IMG/VR virus record: IMGVR_UViG_3300034158_000010
Location: 21,303-85,302 of that record
Source of the DNA: a virus
Length of the DNA: 64,000 nt
Direction: 5' to 3' (one strand)
Below the pieces are notes generated by a model. That model saw nothing but the letters and a program-made list of their open reading frames with translations, was not told the DNA's origin and ran no database searches. The position numbers and the translations under genes are program-made. The first letter of the stretch is position 1; the number at the start of each line of letters is the position of its first letter. Positions 29,076 to 41,040 of the stretch are shown in pieces.

Positions 29076-31172
29076 ATGGCAACTTTCACTAATGCGGTCC
29101 CGCGCGTGATTTTTAACGGGATTCGTGATCGTAGTCGTCGGGCACTTATCCGCCCTGACGAGTCCTACGCTCAACACACACCTTTGCTGCGTCTCTTCAC
29201 TGAGACTGGTCCAACTGCCACCACCTATGTTGGTGATACCGATGACGGCTTTGCTGGTATCTACGGTCAGATGTCCCTTGACCCACGCAGTAAGTATTTT
29301 AACCAACAGGGTCTGTTGGCTTTGAACCTGTTGGGTAATGCCAACGGCTTCTATGTAAAACGTTTGAAACCTGAAGACGCTGCTAACCCTGCGCGTATCA
29401 TCTTGGCCATTGATATGGTTCGGGACATGGTGCCTAAGCAAGTTACTCGCCTGAGCGGTTTCGTTTATCCTGACACCGTGCAAGTTGGTGGTTCGGGTGG
29501 CGTTACTACACTGGCCGATGAAATGATCGAAGGCTTCAAAGCCCGTATCGTTCTGATCCATGACAACGATTCTGAAGTGGGTACCCAGCGCGTTCTGCCT
29601 GGTAACTTCCAATCCAGCATCGACGGTACACAGTCTACTCAATATCCATTGATGGAACTCCCAGCATCGTTCTTCGGTAAACTGGGTAACCAACTGGGTA
29701 TGCGTGTATGGTGTCCGACTGCTCTTGACATCGAAGGCTATGACGAAGCGGTGACCGACAAGTTCGATACCCGTATGTTCGGCTTCCAGTTCGTTGAGCT
29801 GATGGAAGGCTTGAATACACCTACCATCATGAAGACTGTTACTGGTGCAGACTATGTAGCTGTTTCTTTTGATGAAGGCGTTTGGTCTGAGTCTACTGAT
29901 GCTGAACTGTCTATCGACCAAGTTCTGATTCAGTCGTACGAAGATGATGGCATTGAATCGGGGATGACTCCTCTGTACTCGCCATTCAGCCAAGTCTTTG
30001 TTTATCGCGATAACATCGCTATGGTTCAACAACTGATCTTTGATTCGGAGCTGGTTTACAATAGCTCGTTCGCTGATCGTGTTAAAGGTCCGGGTCAAAT
30101 CGACTTCCTGACCATGCTGAACTTCGACGGTGACCAGTACCAAACCATTCAGTTGGATGGTGCATTGGAAGGTGGCGTACTGCTTGGTAAGAATGCTTCG
30201 GTATTCGCAACCGGCGGTGCTGACGGTACTACCAACTTCACTGAGTACGTTAAACAGGTTGACCTTGAGAACACCAACTTCGGTGATCTTGAAGACCAGT
30301 ACGAAGACGTTGCTCGCTTCCAGTTCGGTTTCCTCTATGACACCGGTCTGCCATTGGCTTCTAAGTATCGGATGATGCGCACACTGGCTCGTCGTCAAGA
30401 CTTGCAGTGCATGTTCACCACCTACGTAGAAACTGATGCACGTGGTCTCTCGGCTGCTGATGAAGTATCTCGTTGCATCGCTATCATGACTCGTCTGAAG
30501 GCGTTCCCTGAATCGGTACTTTACGGTACTCCGGTTGCTCGGGCAATGATCGTTCTGCAATCCGGTAAGCTGATGGGTGGTAACTACACCAAGCGTATCC
30601 CTGCGGTAACCGACGTTGCGATGATGTGGGCACGTTATGCTGGTGCTGGTAACGGTATCCTGCGTCCGGGCTTCGAAATGGATGCAAGTCCTAACAACGA
30701 AGTGTCCCTGATCAAGAACCTGAACGTTCCGTTCTTCAACGCTCGTACTGCTAGCAACCTGTGGTCCAACGGCGCTACCTACTCGACTACGTACAATAAA
30801 CGTCGTCAGTATTACGCTTGCCTGCGTTCCGTTTACCTGGACGATACTTCGGTATTGCTGTCCCCAGTAACTGTGAACATCTGCTGCGTAATCATGCGTC
30901 TGATCCACAAGGTTCACGCTAAGTTCAGCGGTAACGCTTCTCTGACCAAGGAACAACTGGTAGAGCGTTGCGACCAAGAGATCCTGGACATCACTCGTGA
31001 CCTGTTCGGTTCTCGCGTAGATATCATTCCTCGGACTGAGATCACCAAGACCGACGACAATAACGGCTTCAGCTGGACCTGTACTGTGACTGTTGCGGCG
31101 AACAACCCGCGCACCACCATGGACTTCAAGCTTGAAACCATTCGTCGTGATACCGTAACTCAAGTCGCTTAA
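29076..31172 (+). CDS. Contractile tail sheath protein (phiKZ gp29-like)
   Basis: 698 aa, GGADG, YDTGLP, PES..YGTP..RA; precedes tube gene. Confidence 0.9.
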   Translation: MATFTNAVPRVIFNGIRDRSRRALIRPDESYAQHTPLLRLFTETGPTATTYVGDTDDGFAGIYGQMSLDPRSKYFNQQGLLALNLLGNANGFYVKRLKPEDAANPARIILAIDMVRDMVPKQVTRLSGFVYPDTVQVGGSGGVTTLADEMIEGFKARIVLIHDNDSEVGTQRVLPGNFQSSIDGTQSTQYPLMELPASFFGKLGNQLGMRVWCPTALDIEGYDEAVTDKFDTRMFGFQFVELMEGLNTPTIMKTVTGADYVAVSFDEGVWSESTDAELSIDQVLIQSYEDDGIESGMTPLYSPFSQVFVYRDNIAMVQQLIFDSELVYNSSFADRVKGPGQIDFLTMLNFDGDQYQTIQLDGALEGGVLLGKNASVFATGGADGTTNFTEYVKQVDLENTNFGDLEDQYEDVARFQFGFLYDTGLPLASKYRMMRTLARRQDLQCMFTTYVETDARGLSAADEVSRCIAIMTRLKAFPESVLYGTPVARAMIVLQSGKLMGGNYTKRIPAVTDVAMMWARYAGAGNGILRPGFEMDASPNNEVSLIKNLNVPFFNARTASNLWSNGATYSTTYNKRRQYYACLRSVYLDDTSVLLSPVTVNICCVIMRLIHKVHAKFSGNASLTKEQLVERCDQEILDITRDLFGSRVDIIPRTEITKTDDNNGFSWTCTVTVAANNPRTTMDFKLETIRRDTVTQVA

Positions 31173-31206
31173 GGCGGCTTGTGTTTCATCATTAGAGGAA
31201 TAACCG

Positions 31207-32082
31207 ATGAAACGTTATACAGATCCAATGGCCCCCGTCACCGGTTACGGTGCTGGCGGGGCAAAGAACACCATTAACTTGGCACAGGCGGGTACTGATG
31301 TATTCCGTCCTGACCTGGCTAACTTGGCGAGCAACACCCCTTACGTAAGTCGTAACGTTGTTCCTTTCCTGCTTGAAGCACCTCGGTTCTTCCAGTACGC
31401 TAAGGACCCACGTCAACTAGTTCGTTCTCTGAAAGCTCTGGTAGAAAACCACGTACGTACCATCGATGGTCTGCAACAAACTGTAACGGTAGATACCGCT
31501 GACGCTCCTTGGGGTGGTTCGGGTGAAGCCATTCAGGTTGCTACTAACGTTACCCGTGCTCGGTCTAACCCTTCGTTGGGTTGCTGGGAACTGCAAGGTC
31601 GTGCCGTTCAGCGTTTCTTGCGCTGGTGGATTACCTACGGTATCGGCGATGAGAACACCAAGGTTCCACGTATTGTGGCTGAAGGTAACGTTCCTGTTGA
31701 GAAATACGATGCGACCTTCTATGGCGCTACCGTTCTCTTCGTAGAACCAGACCCAACGTTCCAAGACGTGACTAGTGCCTACCTGTGTACTAACATGTTC
31801 CCTCTGTCTACTGGTCCATGGGAGTCCCGTAAGGATGCTTCTCAGATCGGTCAGAACTTGGACTTGTCCATTGAGTTTGCTGCGATGACCGACGTTTCCG
31901 AAGGTGTGCAAATGTACGCTCGTGAACTGTTCCAGCGCATGAACATCCGTGGTATGAACCCGAACGATCAACGCACCTGGACCGAAGGCATCTCTGCTAA
32001 CGTTAACGCTGCGAACATCGGCCTGAAAGAACAGCTTGAGCGTTCCGCCAGCAACCGTGTAACCTACAACGGGGTTAACTAA
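31207..32082 (+). CDS. Tail tube protein (phiKZ gp30-like)
   Basis: 291 aa after sheath; [18 protein letters not shown]. Confidence 0.8.
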   Translation: MKRYTDPMAPVTGYGAGGAKNTINLAQAGTDVFRPDLANLASNTPYVSRNVVPFLLEAPRFFQYAKDPRQLVRSLKALVENHVRTIDGLQQTVTVDTADAPWGGSGEAIQVATNVTRARSNPSLGCWELQGRAVQRFLRWWITYGIGDENTKVPRIVAEGNVPVEKYDATFYGATVLFVEPDPTFQDVTSAYLCTNMFPLSTGPWESRKDASQIGQNLDLSIEFAAMTDVSEGVQMYARELFQRMNIRGMNPNDQRTWTEGISANVNAANIGLKEQLERSASNRVTYNGVN

Positions 32083-32087
32083 TACTC

Positions 32088-32369
32088 ATGGCACAACCTA
32101 ACGGAACATGGCCCTTGAGCCACAGTAGCAATACCTTTACTGGTAAGTCTCCATCGGCTACTACGGATGAAGCACAGAAGTACAAAGACATGCTAGGCTT
32201 TCAAGCGGCTGGTGAGGACGTTGGGTTGTTCTACCAATTGAATCAAACGGCAGCAGCGGAGCCTGAGGAACCTGTAGCTTACGGTAATAGTAAGTCACGG
32301 CAGAGCCAGAACATTGCCAACTACGGCAATGACGCTCGACCGATTGAAGCAGGCGGCGTGTACAGTTGA
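32088..32369 (+). CDS. Hypothetical late protein
   Basis: Between tube gene and terminator. Confidence 0.65.
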   Translation: MAQPNGTWPLSHSSNTFTGKSPSATTDEAQKYKDMLGFQAAGEDVGLFYQLNQTAAAEPEEPVAYGNSKSRQSQNIANYGNDARPIEAGGVYS

Positions 32370-32378
32370 CAGCATATT

Positions 32379-32398
32379 GCCCAGCCATCAGGCTGGGC
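32379..32398. terminator. Bidirectional terminator
   Basis: gcccagcc-atca-ggctgggc. Confidence 0.85.
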
Positions 32399-32407
32399 TT
32401 TATGTCG

Positions 32408-33652
32408 TTACCGAGTGTAATAGCTTTTAGTGATTGCTCTCAGGATGAGGTACAAACACAGTCCGGTACGGGTAGATGCAACTTGACCAGCGTGTTTAGA
32501 GTTAGTAGCGTTCTTCACAATCTGATCACCCATATCACGGATGAGGATTACACGTGGGTCAGAAGACTTAGGTGCCATCAACAATAGCCGTAGCCGTGCA
32601 GTCAGTGGTGCCAGATCATTCTGTCTTTGAACAGACAGTTTAATCGACTGCATATACTCAAAGCAATACAACAGTGATTCATCTACGAACTTGGTTAAGT
32701 CCTTCGATCGAGCTTGGTTAAAGTTACGGGCGATAAACTCAAGCGATTGAATCAACATAGCTTCAGGCATGGTGTGCATGGCATTACCAATAACTCCGAG
32801 CAAGTCATTCTTAATCAGGTTGTCCTTAGAGATACACACGGTGTGCATGTAACCGATATAAGAACGGTAACCGTTTACTTTGTCACGTAGCGCCATTTCA
32901 CCATCGGTGTTGATCATGATATCCGAAGTAGTACGGATCATTGCACCGGAGTTCAAGGTAGCGATGTAGACAGAGTAGTACTTGTTGATCAGTTCACGGA
33001 TACGGGTCTGTGTGTCTGTTACTACCCGACGAGTCCAGTAGTCATAATCAACGCCCGGTTGTTCTGATAGCACCGGCCAGTAGATAGACTCATTCGAGAT
33101 AATCCCTACCGCACGATCTTTAATCAGGTTACCCCAACTACCCAGAGTTTTGATATCGAACTTGTAGTTCAGCGCAGCGAATGAAGCTTCAGCTACTTCC
33201 CGTCTGGCAGGGTACTTGAAACGTCGCACAAGCAACGATGTCAGGTACTTGTAGTGTAGGACCTGGAATGCATGCTTGCACGCCTCCTGTCGCGTTTTAA
33301 TCGGGATGTTGGATTCCTTAAGCAGTCGCATGGTAATGTAACCCGGAGTGTAGTTCATCACGTCTGATGCTACCTTCTGGTTTGCAGGGTCCACGCCTTC
33401 TGCCCTTTGGAAATCGTATTGCAGGTGATCTTCATCTACGTGAAGTACGTCATCAAACCAAAGCTCTCGGTCTGTGTCGTAGAAGTAGATAGGGTTCACA
33501 CCCATGAGCACCCCACCAAAGAAAGCGGAGTGATCTTCGTTACGGTTCATAAAACGAATCGAGAACTCGATGATCCGTTTACATAGGGCGGCATCAAACT
33601 TAACATGTTTGAAATGTTCATCCATTACCTCCCGCATTGTTTTCTTTGCCAT
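32408..33652 (-). CDS. Conserved phiKZ-family protein (gp32-like)
   Basis: 414 aa, H..FFGG.L.GV, KFDIK.LGSW; synteny. Confidence 0.65.
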   Translation of the reverse strand: MAKKTMREVMDEHFKHVKFDAALCKRIIEFSIRFMNRNEDHSAFFGGVLMGVNPIYFYDTDRELWFDDVLHVDEDHLQYDFQRAEGVDPANQKVASDVMNYTPGYITMRLLKESNIPIKTRQEACKHAFQVLHYKYLTSLLVRRFKYPARREVAEASFAALNYKFDIKTLGSWGNLIKDRAVGIISNESIYWPVLSEQPGVDYDYWTRRVVTDTQTRIRELINKYYSVYIATLNSGAMIRTTSDIMINTDGEMALRDKVNGYRSYIGYMHTVCISKDNLIKNDLLGVIGNAMHTMPEAMLIQSLEFIARNFNQARSKDLTKFVDESLLYCFEYMQSIKLSVQRQNDLAPLTARLRLLLMAPKSSDPRVILIRDMGDQIVKNATNSKHAGQVASTRTGLCLYLILRAITKSYYTR

Positions 33653-33707
33653 GACTGTAGCCTCTTGATTAATCAGATCATTAGACAGACTCGTATATTA
33701 GAAGTCA

Positions 33708-33733
33708 TTTAAAGCCTATATTACTTTAGTGAA
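33708..33733 (+). promoter_or_regulatory. Early promoter
   Basis: tttaaagccTATATTAC. Confidence 0.9.
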
Positions 33734-33760
33734 TCTACTAACATTAAAGAGGATCTTGAT

Positions 33761-34499
33761 ATGAATACAGCTACCGTACTGCGTGAGAAACATGCCCCAG
33801 ACCAAGCTTCGGAATACATGCGCGGTCTTGACGTTGATAGCATCGTCTATCCTGAAATTCATGAAGACGTTCCGGTGTTCCGTAACCGTCGTCAGTGGAA
33901 ACGTCATCTGGTTGCCGTGCACAACGCTAAGTACCTGGACAGTAAAGCTAACCCGGTATCGCGCAACGAAATCATTCGCGAGGTTGTTATCGATACGGTT
34001 GATGGTTTCCAAAAAGGCTTGGGGATCTAAACATGTGGATCAAACTGGTTAACACCGCCTTCGAGGTTAAACAGGATATTCACCACTTCCTTAAACCTAA
34101 AGGTGACTGCAAAGACGACCATGGCGAGCGTAGCAATAACAAGCTGCGCGATCAACCGTTCTATCAACGTGCCCGTAACGGCAAGATGAGGAAGCACTGA
34201 TGCTTAAGAAGCCATCGAATAGCATACTGGATATATTCACACGAGTGTATCACCTGTATACTCACCTACAGAGTGATAGTGACAAAGAGATCCATATCGA
34301 GACGGTTGGTCATGCCTTGACCATCGGCGATAACCCGCTACAAACGATGCTGCTCTTTCAAAGTGATTGCAACGGCGGTGTGGTGATTAAGAAATACGGT
34401 TACACTGATGACGTCGAGTGTCTGGTTGACACCGATCACTTCAAAGTAACTGACATGCGTGGGATCGAAGATTACATCATCGCATCCTTCGAACTGTAA
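33761..34499 (+). other. Three small early ORFs (33761-34030, 34033-34200, 34200-34499)
   Basis: SDs and coupled junctions after the promoter. Confidence 0.7.
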
Positions 34500-34526
34500 C
34501 GGCCTATCCAATAACAGGAGTTGTAC

Positions 34527-35123
34527 ATGAGCAAGGTATCTACCTTTGCCTCCGCGTTTAAAGACTGCGGTATCGGCGGACGTTTCAGTAAGTTCCAATT
34601 GGTTCAGGATCGCGAGTGGTTCAGCTTGATAGATGTAGATACATTGTCTAACAGCACGCATTGCTTTCGGATCTGTGAGACCTTCAACCCTAAAGCCTTC
34701 GATCAAATCAGTGGGCGTGACGCTCAGCTTCTGATCGAGAACAATCCAGAGTGGCTGACTTATTTTAAGACGGCTCAAAAGATTGTTGCGCGGGTTGTGA
34801 AAGACCATGGGGTTACTCGGTATGAGGATCATCACGTTGATCGGTCCGAAAACCTCTATTACCTCGACCGGTTGCATAAATCGGTGTTCGTGGTAAATAA
34901 CCAGTTTGTTATGGAGATCGGTCCGGTATTCCGTATCGCTCCTGAGATCCCGAGTCATGTAGTCTACGCCTATCTTGAGGCGAATGGGATGCGTGACCTT
35001 ACCTGTAAAGATCGGGTGAAAGTATTTACACGTTACGATGAAGTTGTTATTTACTATCGTGGCGATTCGATTTATACTAATCTCACAGTCACACAATTCA
35101 ATGAAGTGTTCGAGGTAGCGTAG
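34527..35123 (+). CDS. Hypothetical protein
   Basis: AGGAG SD. Confidence 0.75.
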   Translation: MSKVSTFASAFKDCGIGGRFSKFQLVQDREWFSLIDVDTLSNSTHCFRICETFNPKAFDQISGRDAQLLIENNPEWLTYFKTAQKIVARVVKDHGVTRYEDHHVDRSENLYYLDRLHKSVFVVNNQFVMEIGPVFRIAPEIPSHVVYAYLEANGMRDLTCKDRVKVFTRYDEVVIYYRGDSIYTNLTVTQFNEVFEVA

Positions 35124-35512
35124 TGGATATTGAAGTACAGGACGTATCTGTAGATTGCATTCTTGACTATGTCTTGAAGCAACCGCAAACCAGAATCCCA
35201 GTGTGGGAGAAGGTAGTGCTTGATCAGACTACCATTATCCCAATGATGCGTAATGGGAACCATGCACGTCTCCGTAAAGGCTTCGGTCTTTTCGTGGGGC
35301 GCTGCATGGTGGGCTATGCCGTGATTGACGAATCCAAGCACAGCTTAGAGCTGTTGCATATCTCGGCTGGCGTACGTGGGCATGGTTTGAGTACGTTTCT
35401 TTTGAAACAACTTCATATCAAATCAGTATCAGTTGATGAGGCTAACCATGTCGCCATCAAGCTGTATCGCAAACTCGGTTACACAATCGACTTGATTAAG
35501 GAAGAAGAATGA
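35123..35512 (+). CDS. GNAT-family acetyltransferase
   Basis: VRGHGLS motif A; N..AIKLYRKLGY motif B. Confidence 0.85.
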   Translation: MDIEVQDVSVDCILDYVLKQPQTRIPVWEKVVLDQTTIIPMMRNGNHARLRKGFGLFVGRCMVGYAVIDESKHSLELLHISAGVRGHGLSTFLLKQLHIKSVSVDEANHVAIKLYRKLGYTIDLIKEEE

Positions 35513-35850
35513 ACACCATTGTACCTGCTCACTCCCTGGCTACCCAAGCACTGTTGGACGTGAATAACGAGTTCCTCAGAACGGCGGCAACGTTCAAGAA
35601 CAAATTCGGCCAACCCGTGGAGATCAAGGTGTCGATCGAGAACGGGGTGACTCATCCGAAGTTCGCCTATACCCTGAATGAATATCGCGCTGAGGTGACA
35701 GCTGACCAATTCGGAAAGTTGTCGATCACGCTGTTTCATAACCATCGGTCGCTCATTACCTACAGTGATCCTGAGGGTAATCGAAATGAACTCATCACCG
35801 GTGCGTATTCCGACACCATTCTCCACTGGTTGATCAACCACGACAAATAA
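35509..35850 (+). CDS. Hypothetical protein
   Basis: ATGA overlap. Confidence 0.75.
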   Translation: MNTIVPAHSLATQALLDVNNEFLRTAATFKNKFGQPVEIKVSIENGVTHPKFAYTLNEYRAEVTADQFGKLSITLFHNHRSLITYSDPEGNRNELITGAYSDTILHWLINHDK

Positions 35851-35860
35851 GGATTTTCAC

Positions 35861-36160
35861 ATGCCACGTTTCTTGCCATCCCCTGTATTCGCCTTCACCA
35901 AAAAACTGCTGGTGGAATTCGATAACTACGTTGAAGAGATCAACGAGAAGACTACCCGCATCTTGATCCATCCGATCCCGGAAGGTATTCGCCTGCGTAA
36001 CTTGGCAGACGATCGTTCCGCTACCGTTGAGATCAGTGGTGCACTGGTAACCATTCGTACCCTCGTCAAAGGTGCAGTCTTTCAAGAAATTTGGATGGCC
36101 GAAGATGAAGTAGAACGCATCTGCGACGACCTCATCACTTTCTTCACCCCACAGGAGTAA
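35861..36160 (+). CDS. Hypothetical protein
   Basis: AAGGA SD. Confidence 0.75.
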   Translation: MPRFLPSPVFAFTKKLLVEFDNYVEEINEKTTRILIHPIPEGIRLRNLADDRSATVEISGALVTIRTLVKGAVFQEIWMAEDEVERICDDLITFFTPQE

Positions 36161-36166
36161 TATCAC

Positions 36167-36904
36167 ATGGCTGTAATCCGCACTTGTACCGTTACCAGTA
36201 ATGCCCAACTCGTCCGTGCGATGGTTGAGCGCTGTATGAATGAAGATCGTGGCGTTGACATGTTCATCACCAATGCTGACGATGGTATCAAGTTCTCTAA
36301 CTGGGAAGGTTCCCGTAGCGCTGTGGTGATCGGTCATCCGATCTCTGTGGACTGCGTACGTATCACCTGGAAAGAACTGGACCGTGATGGCGGACGTGCC
36401 TGGGATGAAGACATCACTACCCACAGCTGTGAATCGTTGTTCGGGGTTAGTGAAGCTTTGACCCGTTTCATCTGCGATGCCGAATGGCCTAACTTCCTGA
36501 CCCGTCATCGTAAATCCTACCCACGGGTTACCGAGTTCTTCGATGACAAGCCATACGGTACAGTGGATGTGGTTATCCAGATTAGCTCGAGTCTGGAATC
36601 CCTGGATCTGTATCGCACCTGGGTTGAACAGAAGCTGACCTACAAGCAAGACGGGGGAGGCTACATGCACACGATCGGTCACATCAATGATCGACCTGTT
36701 TGCATCACCCCGATGATCCACAATGTGGGTGGTGTTAACGTGCTGTACGTTGAGGTCCAAAGCTCTTTGGTGGATTGGGAAATGATCGAGGATTGGGTGA
36801 AGCGCGTAGTGCCTGAAGGTACTCCAATGTGCAACAGTCCGATCAATGCACTCGGTTATATCCGTGACGCTATTCGTAAGAAAGGGGAAACTACCGATGT
36901 TTAA
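36167..36904 (+). CDS. Hypothetical protein
   Basis: AGGAG SD. Confidence 0.8.
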   Translation: MAVIRTCTVTSNAQLVRAMVERCMNEDRGVDMFITNADDGIKFSNWEGSRSAVVIGHPISVDCVRITWKELDRDGGRAWDEDITTHSCESLFGVSEALTRFICDAEWPNFLTRHRKSYPRVTEFFDDKPYGTVDVVIQISSSLESLDLYRTWVEQKLTYKQDGGGYMHTIGHINDRPVCITPMIHNVGGVNVLYVEVQSSLVDWEMIEDWVKRVVPEGTPMCNSPINALGYIRDAIRKKGETTDV

Positions 36905-37196
36905 AATTGTTGCTCAACCAAGCGTAGCTTACTGCCAAGCACTGCTCGCAGAGCTGGAAGCCTTGACCACTGGTGAAGATGCAGCTCATATCCCACGGGT
37001 ATGGGTCCAGCATAGTGAAGGTGGTCTTACCTTTACCCACTCCGATCTTCACCGTGTTTGCCAGGTGAATATCTGGGGTGCGGTATCGGTCGAATTGACT
37101 CGGGCACACTACGTCGACGGGAGTAGTTGTATCGGTATGTCTACGGAACAAGTAAAGGACGCTGCTAAAAAGATCTTTGATTTTATGGCAGAATGA
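36897..37196 (+). CDS. Hypothetical protein
   Basis: GGGGA SD, ends at terminator. Confidence 0.7.
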   Translation: MFKIVAQPSVAYCQALLAELEALTTGEDAAHIPRVWVQHSEGGLTFTHSDLHRVCQVNIWGAVSVELTRAHYVDGSSCIGMSTEQVKDAAKKIFDFMAE

Positions 37197-37202
37197 CATA
37201 AT

Positions 37203-37224
37203 GGCCACTCCTTCGGGAGTGGCT
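37203..37224 (+). terminator. Terminator
   Basis: ggccactcc-ttcg-ggagtggct plus T-tract. Confidence 0.85.
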
Positions 37225-37278
37225 ATTGTTGTTTTTTTCTTTTATCTTGTGTAACCAATAACTTTACCGAGGTTCACT

Positions 37279-38094
37279 ATGAGCTGCTGTACTGTCAGAG
37301 AGCGTCCAGATTCGGATATCTCTTTTCAACATCTAGGTTGCCCATGCGATACTTGGGCACACTTAAAAGATATGTTCGTCTATCTTAAAGATGAACGTGC
37401 TGGGGTGATCCCATGTAAACCAGATGAGTTCACTGTGCAGTGGACCCCATTGGATGCGATCACGTATATGTACGCCGTTACCGATAAACTTACCGGTGAG
37501 GTGATTGAATACAGTGTTGTTAAGGACTTCCCTAAAGAATCTCCTGAGCGTGCATTTGAGCGGGATTGGCGTTATCGGGAACTCGTGTATAACCGTGGTG
37601 TCATTCGTGCCGTAGAGGACCTTCTAGAAGCCATGGAAGAGACTGTACCACACGAACGGTTCAAGTTAGAACGGGTACCGATGAAGTCGTACGTTATTCA
37701 TAAACCTATCCAAGAAGATCTGGGTGTGATCGTATTCAAAATTGAATATGACGTGGAGCGCCGAGACGCCCGTCCATTTGACAAGACTGTATGGAACCAA
37801 GTCTATCAAGACAGCATCATCGACTTACCTAATGTCACTGACAAGGTGGCTTATGGTACTGAAGTACTGATGAAACGTTTCCGTAAGATTGGAGTGCGGT
37901 TCCAAGGGATTGAGTTTGAGCATATCCACGATATGAAACGCTTTACCATCGTCGGGTTGGCTTACCGTGATGAATACACTAACACCGTCATCCGTATTCG
38001 CTATCAAGAGATGGATCTGAATGATCCTACCCTGCGAGTATACCACGAGTACTACACAAAGAAAGGTCCACAGAATGGCTATTACATCTGCTGA
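37279..38094 (+). CDS. Hypothetical protein (271 aa)
   Basis: GAGGT SD. Confidence 0.8.
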   Translation: MSCCTVRERPDSDISFQHLGCPCDTWAHLKDMFVYLKDERAGVIPCKPDEFTVQWTPLDAITYMYAVTDKLTGEVIEYSVVKDFPKESPERAFERDWRYRELVYNRGVIRAVEDLLEAMEETVPHERFKLERVPMKSYVIHKPIQEDLGVIVFKIEYDVERRDARPFDKTVWNQVYQDSIIDLPNVTDKVAYGTEVLMKRFRKIGVRFQGIEFEHIHDMKRFTIVGLAYRDEYTNTVIRIRYQEMDLNDPTLRVYHEYYTKKGPQNGYYIC

Positions 38095-38428
38095 TTACAT
38101 CGAGTACGATATCCCTACACAAGCTGAGGCTATGAAAGTACCTCCCGCTGTATTGAAGGTCATCATTCGCAAGACATTTAACATGGCGCCGTTTGGGTTG
38201 ATTCCCGATAAGATCAACTTCATTCCCTCGGCTAAGGCTTACCCACCTGTTACCGAGGCTGATGGTACTGTGCTGGCGGTTAACTACCCACAACGCTTAC
38301 TGTTGAATAGCGAGAACTCTTTGGCCATCGGTCTGTATAAAGATGAAGGTACCACGGTTCCTACGATCCAAGCCTTTATCGAGAAAGTAGCTCCATCGGT
38401 GTTTGATCTGAGTCCTTGGAAGGCATAA
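38075..38428 (+). CDS. Hypothetical protein
   Basis: AAGGT SD, ends at terminator 38434-38453. Confidence 0.7.
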   Translation: MAITSADYIEYDIPTQAEAMKVPPAVLKVIIRKTFNMAPFGLIPDKINFIPSAKAYPPVTEADGTVLAVNYPQRLLLNSENSLAIGLYKDEGTTVPTIQAFIEKVAPSVFDLSPWKA

Positions 38429-38474
38429 CTTACGGCTAGCCTTCGGGCTAGCTTTATGTCGGTAACAGATTTTA

Positions 38475-38500
38475 TTTCAAGTTTATATCATGTCTGTGTA
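38475..38500 (+). promoter_or_regulatory. Early promoter, TATATCAT variant
   Basis: tttcaagttTATATCAT, shared with 62448-62464. Confidence 0.7.
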
Positions 38501-38827
38501 TTCTAAACTAAATGGTGATGCCGTGAAAGCTGGTTCGTGTGAGAAAAATCAGACATACGCGGGGTATCGAGGTGGTATGGTTCTGAGGTATCCGATGTGT
38601 GTAACACTTAGTAACCGCAGTGAGCAAATAACCCACATGCGTGATAACCGGGATGAGGCAAATACCGACTGGCACTGGATTAAGGATGTTCGTGACGGGC
38701 CGGGCATTAGAGAAATTAATGATGGTTGGGACCGTGACAACTTTCGCTTGGCGCACACCACCCATTACAATAGACCAAATCAATGTGTTCGTGACCGACA
38801 CGATCATACCGCGTTAGGGGCAAACTG

Positions 38828-41040
38828 ATGGCAAAGATTTCTAAAGGTAAGTTTCGCTGGTTGCGTGCTTACTACTCGACCTTCGTCTTACCGGTGTTCT
38901 ATATCGATCGACAGGGGCGACCATGTATTGTTAGTCGTGGTAAGGCAATGGTAAACGTTAAGCTGGTTGGACCACAGGGTGAGAAAGCTCCTCCACCGGT
39001 TGAACCTCAAACTTTCACTATTGACTTCACGGGGTTCTGATTATGCTCTCTAAGAACATTGAACGCAAGCAACGTGTTACCAAGCATAACGACCACTACC
39101 TCGTTACGTGCGGTGGTTTCGATATGTCTAAGTACAAGCTAACCGGCATGCATGGTGATGGTGGAACGTACACCCAAGTAGTGGAACATCCAAAACCAGT
39201 ACGGGCGTTGTCACTGAACGAACTGTTCTTTTACAACGATGTTCGTCGGGTAGTCGAGAAGATTAAGAAAGAGGATAACTAATCATGTTTTGGTTCTGGC
39301 TGGGGATTGTACTGATTGCTCTAGGCGCCGGTGTACAGACTATGACGTTCTGTATCTGTTACATAGGTAGCTATCGACCTGCACGTGAAGTGACGATCAC
39401 TGGATACTTCGTAGGGGGTATATTACTAGCGTGTGGCATCTTTGCAGTTTATCCACATGGGTAATCAACTTAAGAAAAACATTTACTACAAAGGGGTTAG
39501 GCCAGCGCTCGGTGTACGTACGCGAGATGATCGAGGCGGTAACAATTTCATCGATCGCACTGGATATCCCGGAAATGGTCAAATGACTATTTTTGCTGAC
39601 TCTCTACGTGAAACTGAAGATAACCTATTTCAAGAGTCGACACTTGCCCGGATACCCTTCGATTACAAATGGTCCCCTAATCAACGTGGTGATTGCGCTT
39701 TTGGTGATCACGACGATGAACGACACGATTGGAGTTAACATGAAATTCTTGGCTATCTGTTTAATCATGATCGGTACTGTTTTGGGTACCCATACGTACA
39801 TGATGGGTGTTGACTATACCAGCTGGACCATGGCGGTCATAAAGGTTGCTGTGGCGGTGGGTATGGTCATAGGTGGGTGGTGGCTACTCTACGATGATGA
39901 GTATGACGTATCGCCGGTGTATCATTGAGGTTTAAGAACCGCTGTTACGAACAAGTCCGTGTAGCCTACAACGGAATGGGTTGTGAATGGACACATGGGT
40001 TCTTTAGGCCAGACATGATGGCACGAGCGGCCACTGGTTCTGGTGGTAATCGGTTTGACCACGATGACCCTAACCATGATCTCAATCGACGACGTGACAG
40101 CGATGACAACCCAGACATGTTCTGTCCTAGGCGTGGTGAAGGACGGGAGTTTGAATACGAGCGGGTGGCACAGCGTACTAATGCTTGGCACCGTAAACGA
40201 TCTGAAGACTGTGTCAACCCACCTGAGGATGACGAGGATTGGATAGATGATTAGTAAAGGTAAACGGCGTAATCTGGTAAGCACTTATGCCTGTCTTGAT
40301 TTCATACGCAAGATAGGTTTACCCAATAAAGGTATTGACGTCTTTGCATTGTGTGCTCGGGGTAGTCGTCTACTCCATGTACGCAAACCTGTTAAACCGG
40401 AACCTTTCGATTACGATAAGTTCTTGGAGACGGCAGTAGGTTCCAGTGAGTCATGGGAAACTGCTGGTAAGATGGCTACCGCGATTTGTGGTGAGGCACT
40501 ACGACATCAAGAACAACAGGTGGTACGTAAGCCTCGGGTGACCGTTGTAAAATGCGTTGACTGGTCTAACACTGATCTACCGTTGGATGTCATGCTACCA
40601 TCATTCGTTGAAAAGGGGCCACTGTAATGGCACGTGCTAGTAAAGGTAAGGTTAAGCATCTGTGGAAGCTGTATGGCGTGTGGCATCTGGTAGCCCTGCA
40701 TAATTCCATGATCTGGTTCTTTGAGCCTAGCCCTGAGATGAGGGCTATCTCCGAGGCATGGTTGGTGAAGAACATGCATCCACAACCCTTCGTAAAAGAA
40801 GTGGCAACCAAGGGTTACTACGATGGTTGCCGTAAGATCGATTGGGAGGTAGACAACCTCGTACAAGTATCGATGGGTGAAGTAACCGACCATGAGCGTT
40901 ATGCTGAAATCAAGAGCGGTCGTCATCGATTCGGTGAACCGACAGTAATGTCATGGGGTAATGGTCTCCTGACTTGTGAAACCACTGCGCCAGATGGAAC
41001 GAAGATTGTGGCAGTAGACTTCGAAGCTAATCTGCTTTAG
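38828..41040 (+). other. Run of small ORFs (38828-39040, 39043-39282, 39285-39464, 39457-39738, 39740-39928, 39925-40254, 40247-40627, 40627-41040)
   Basis: Coupled junctions; two membrane and two D/R/H-rich products. Confidence 0.6.

Noticed and set aside
29046-31163. 705-aa ORF antisense to the tail sheath gene
   Set aside because: Shadow frame produced by codon bias of the sense gene; no SD, promoter or motifs
39419-39426. TATATTAC match
   Set aside because: Lacks the upstream TTT element and lies inside a small membrane-protein ORF
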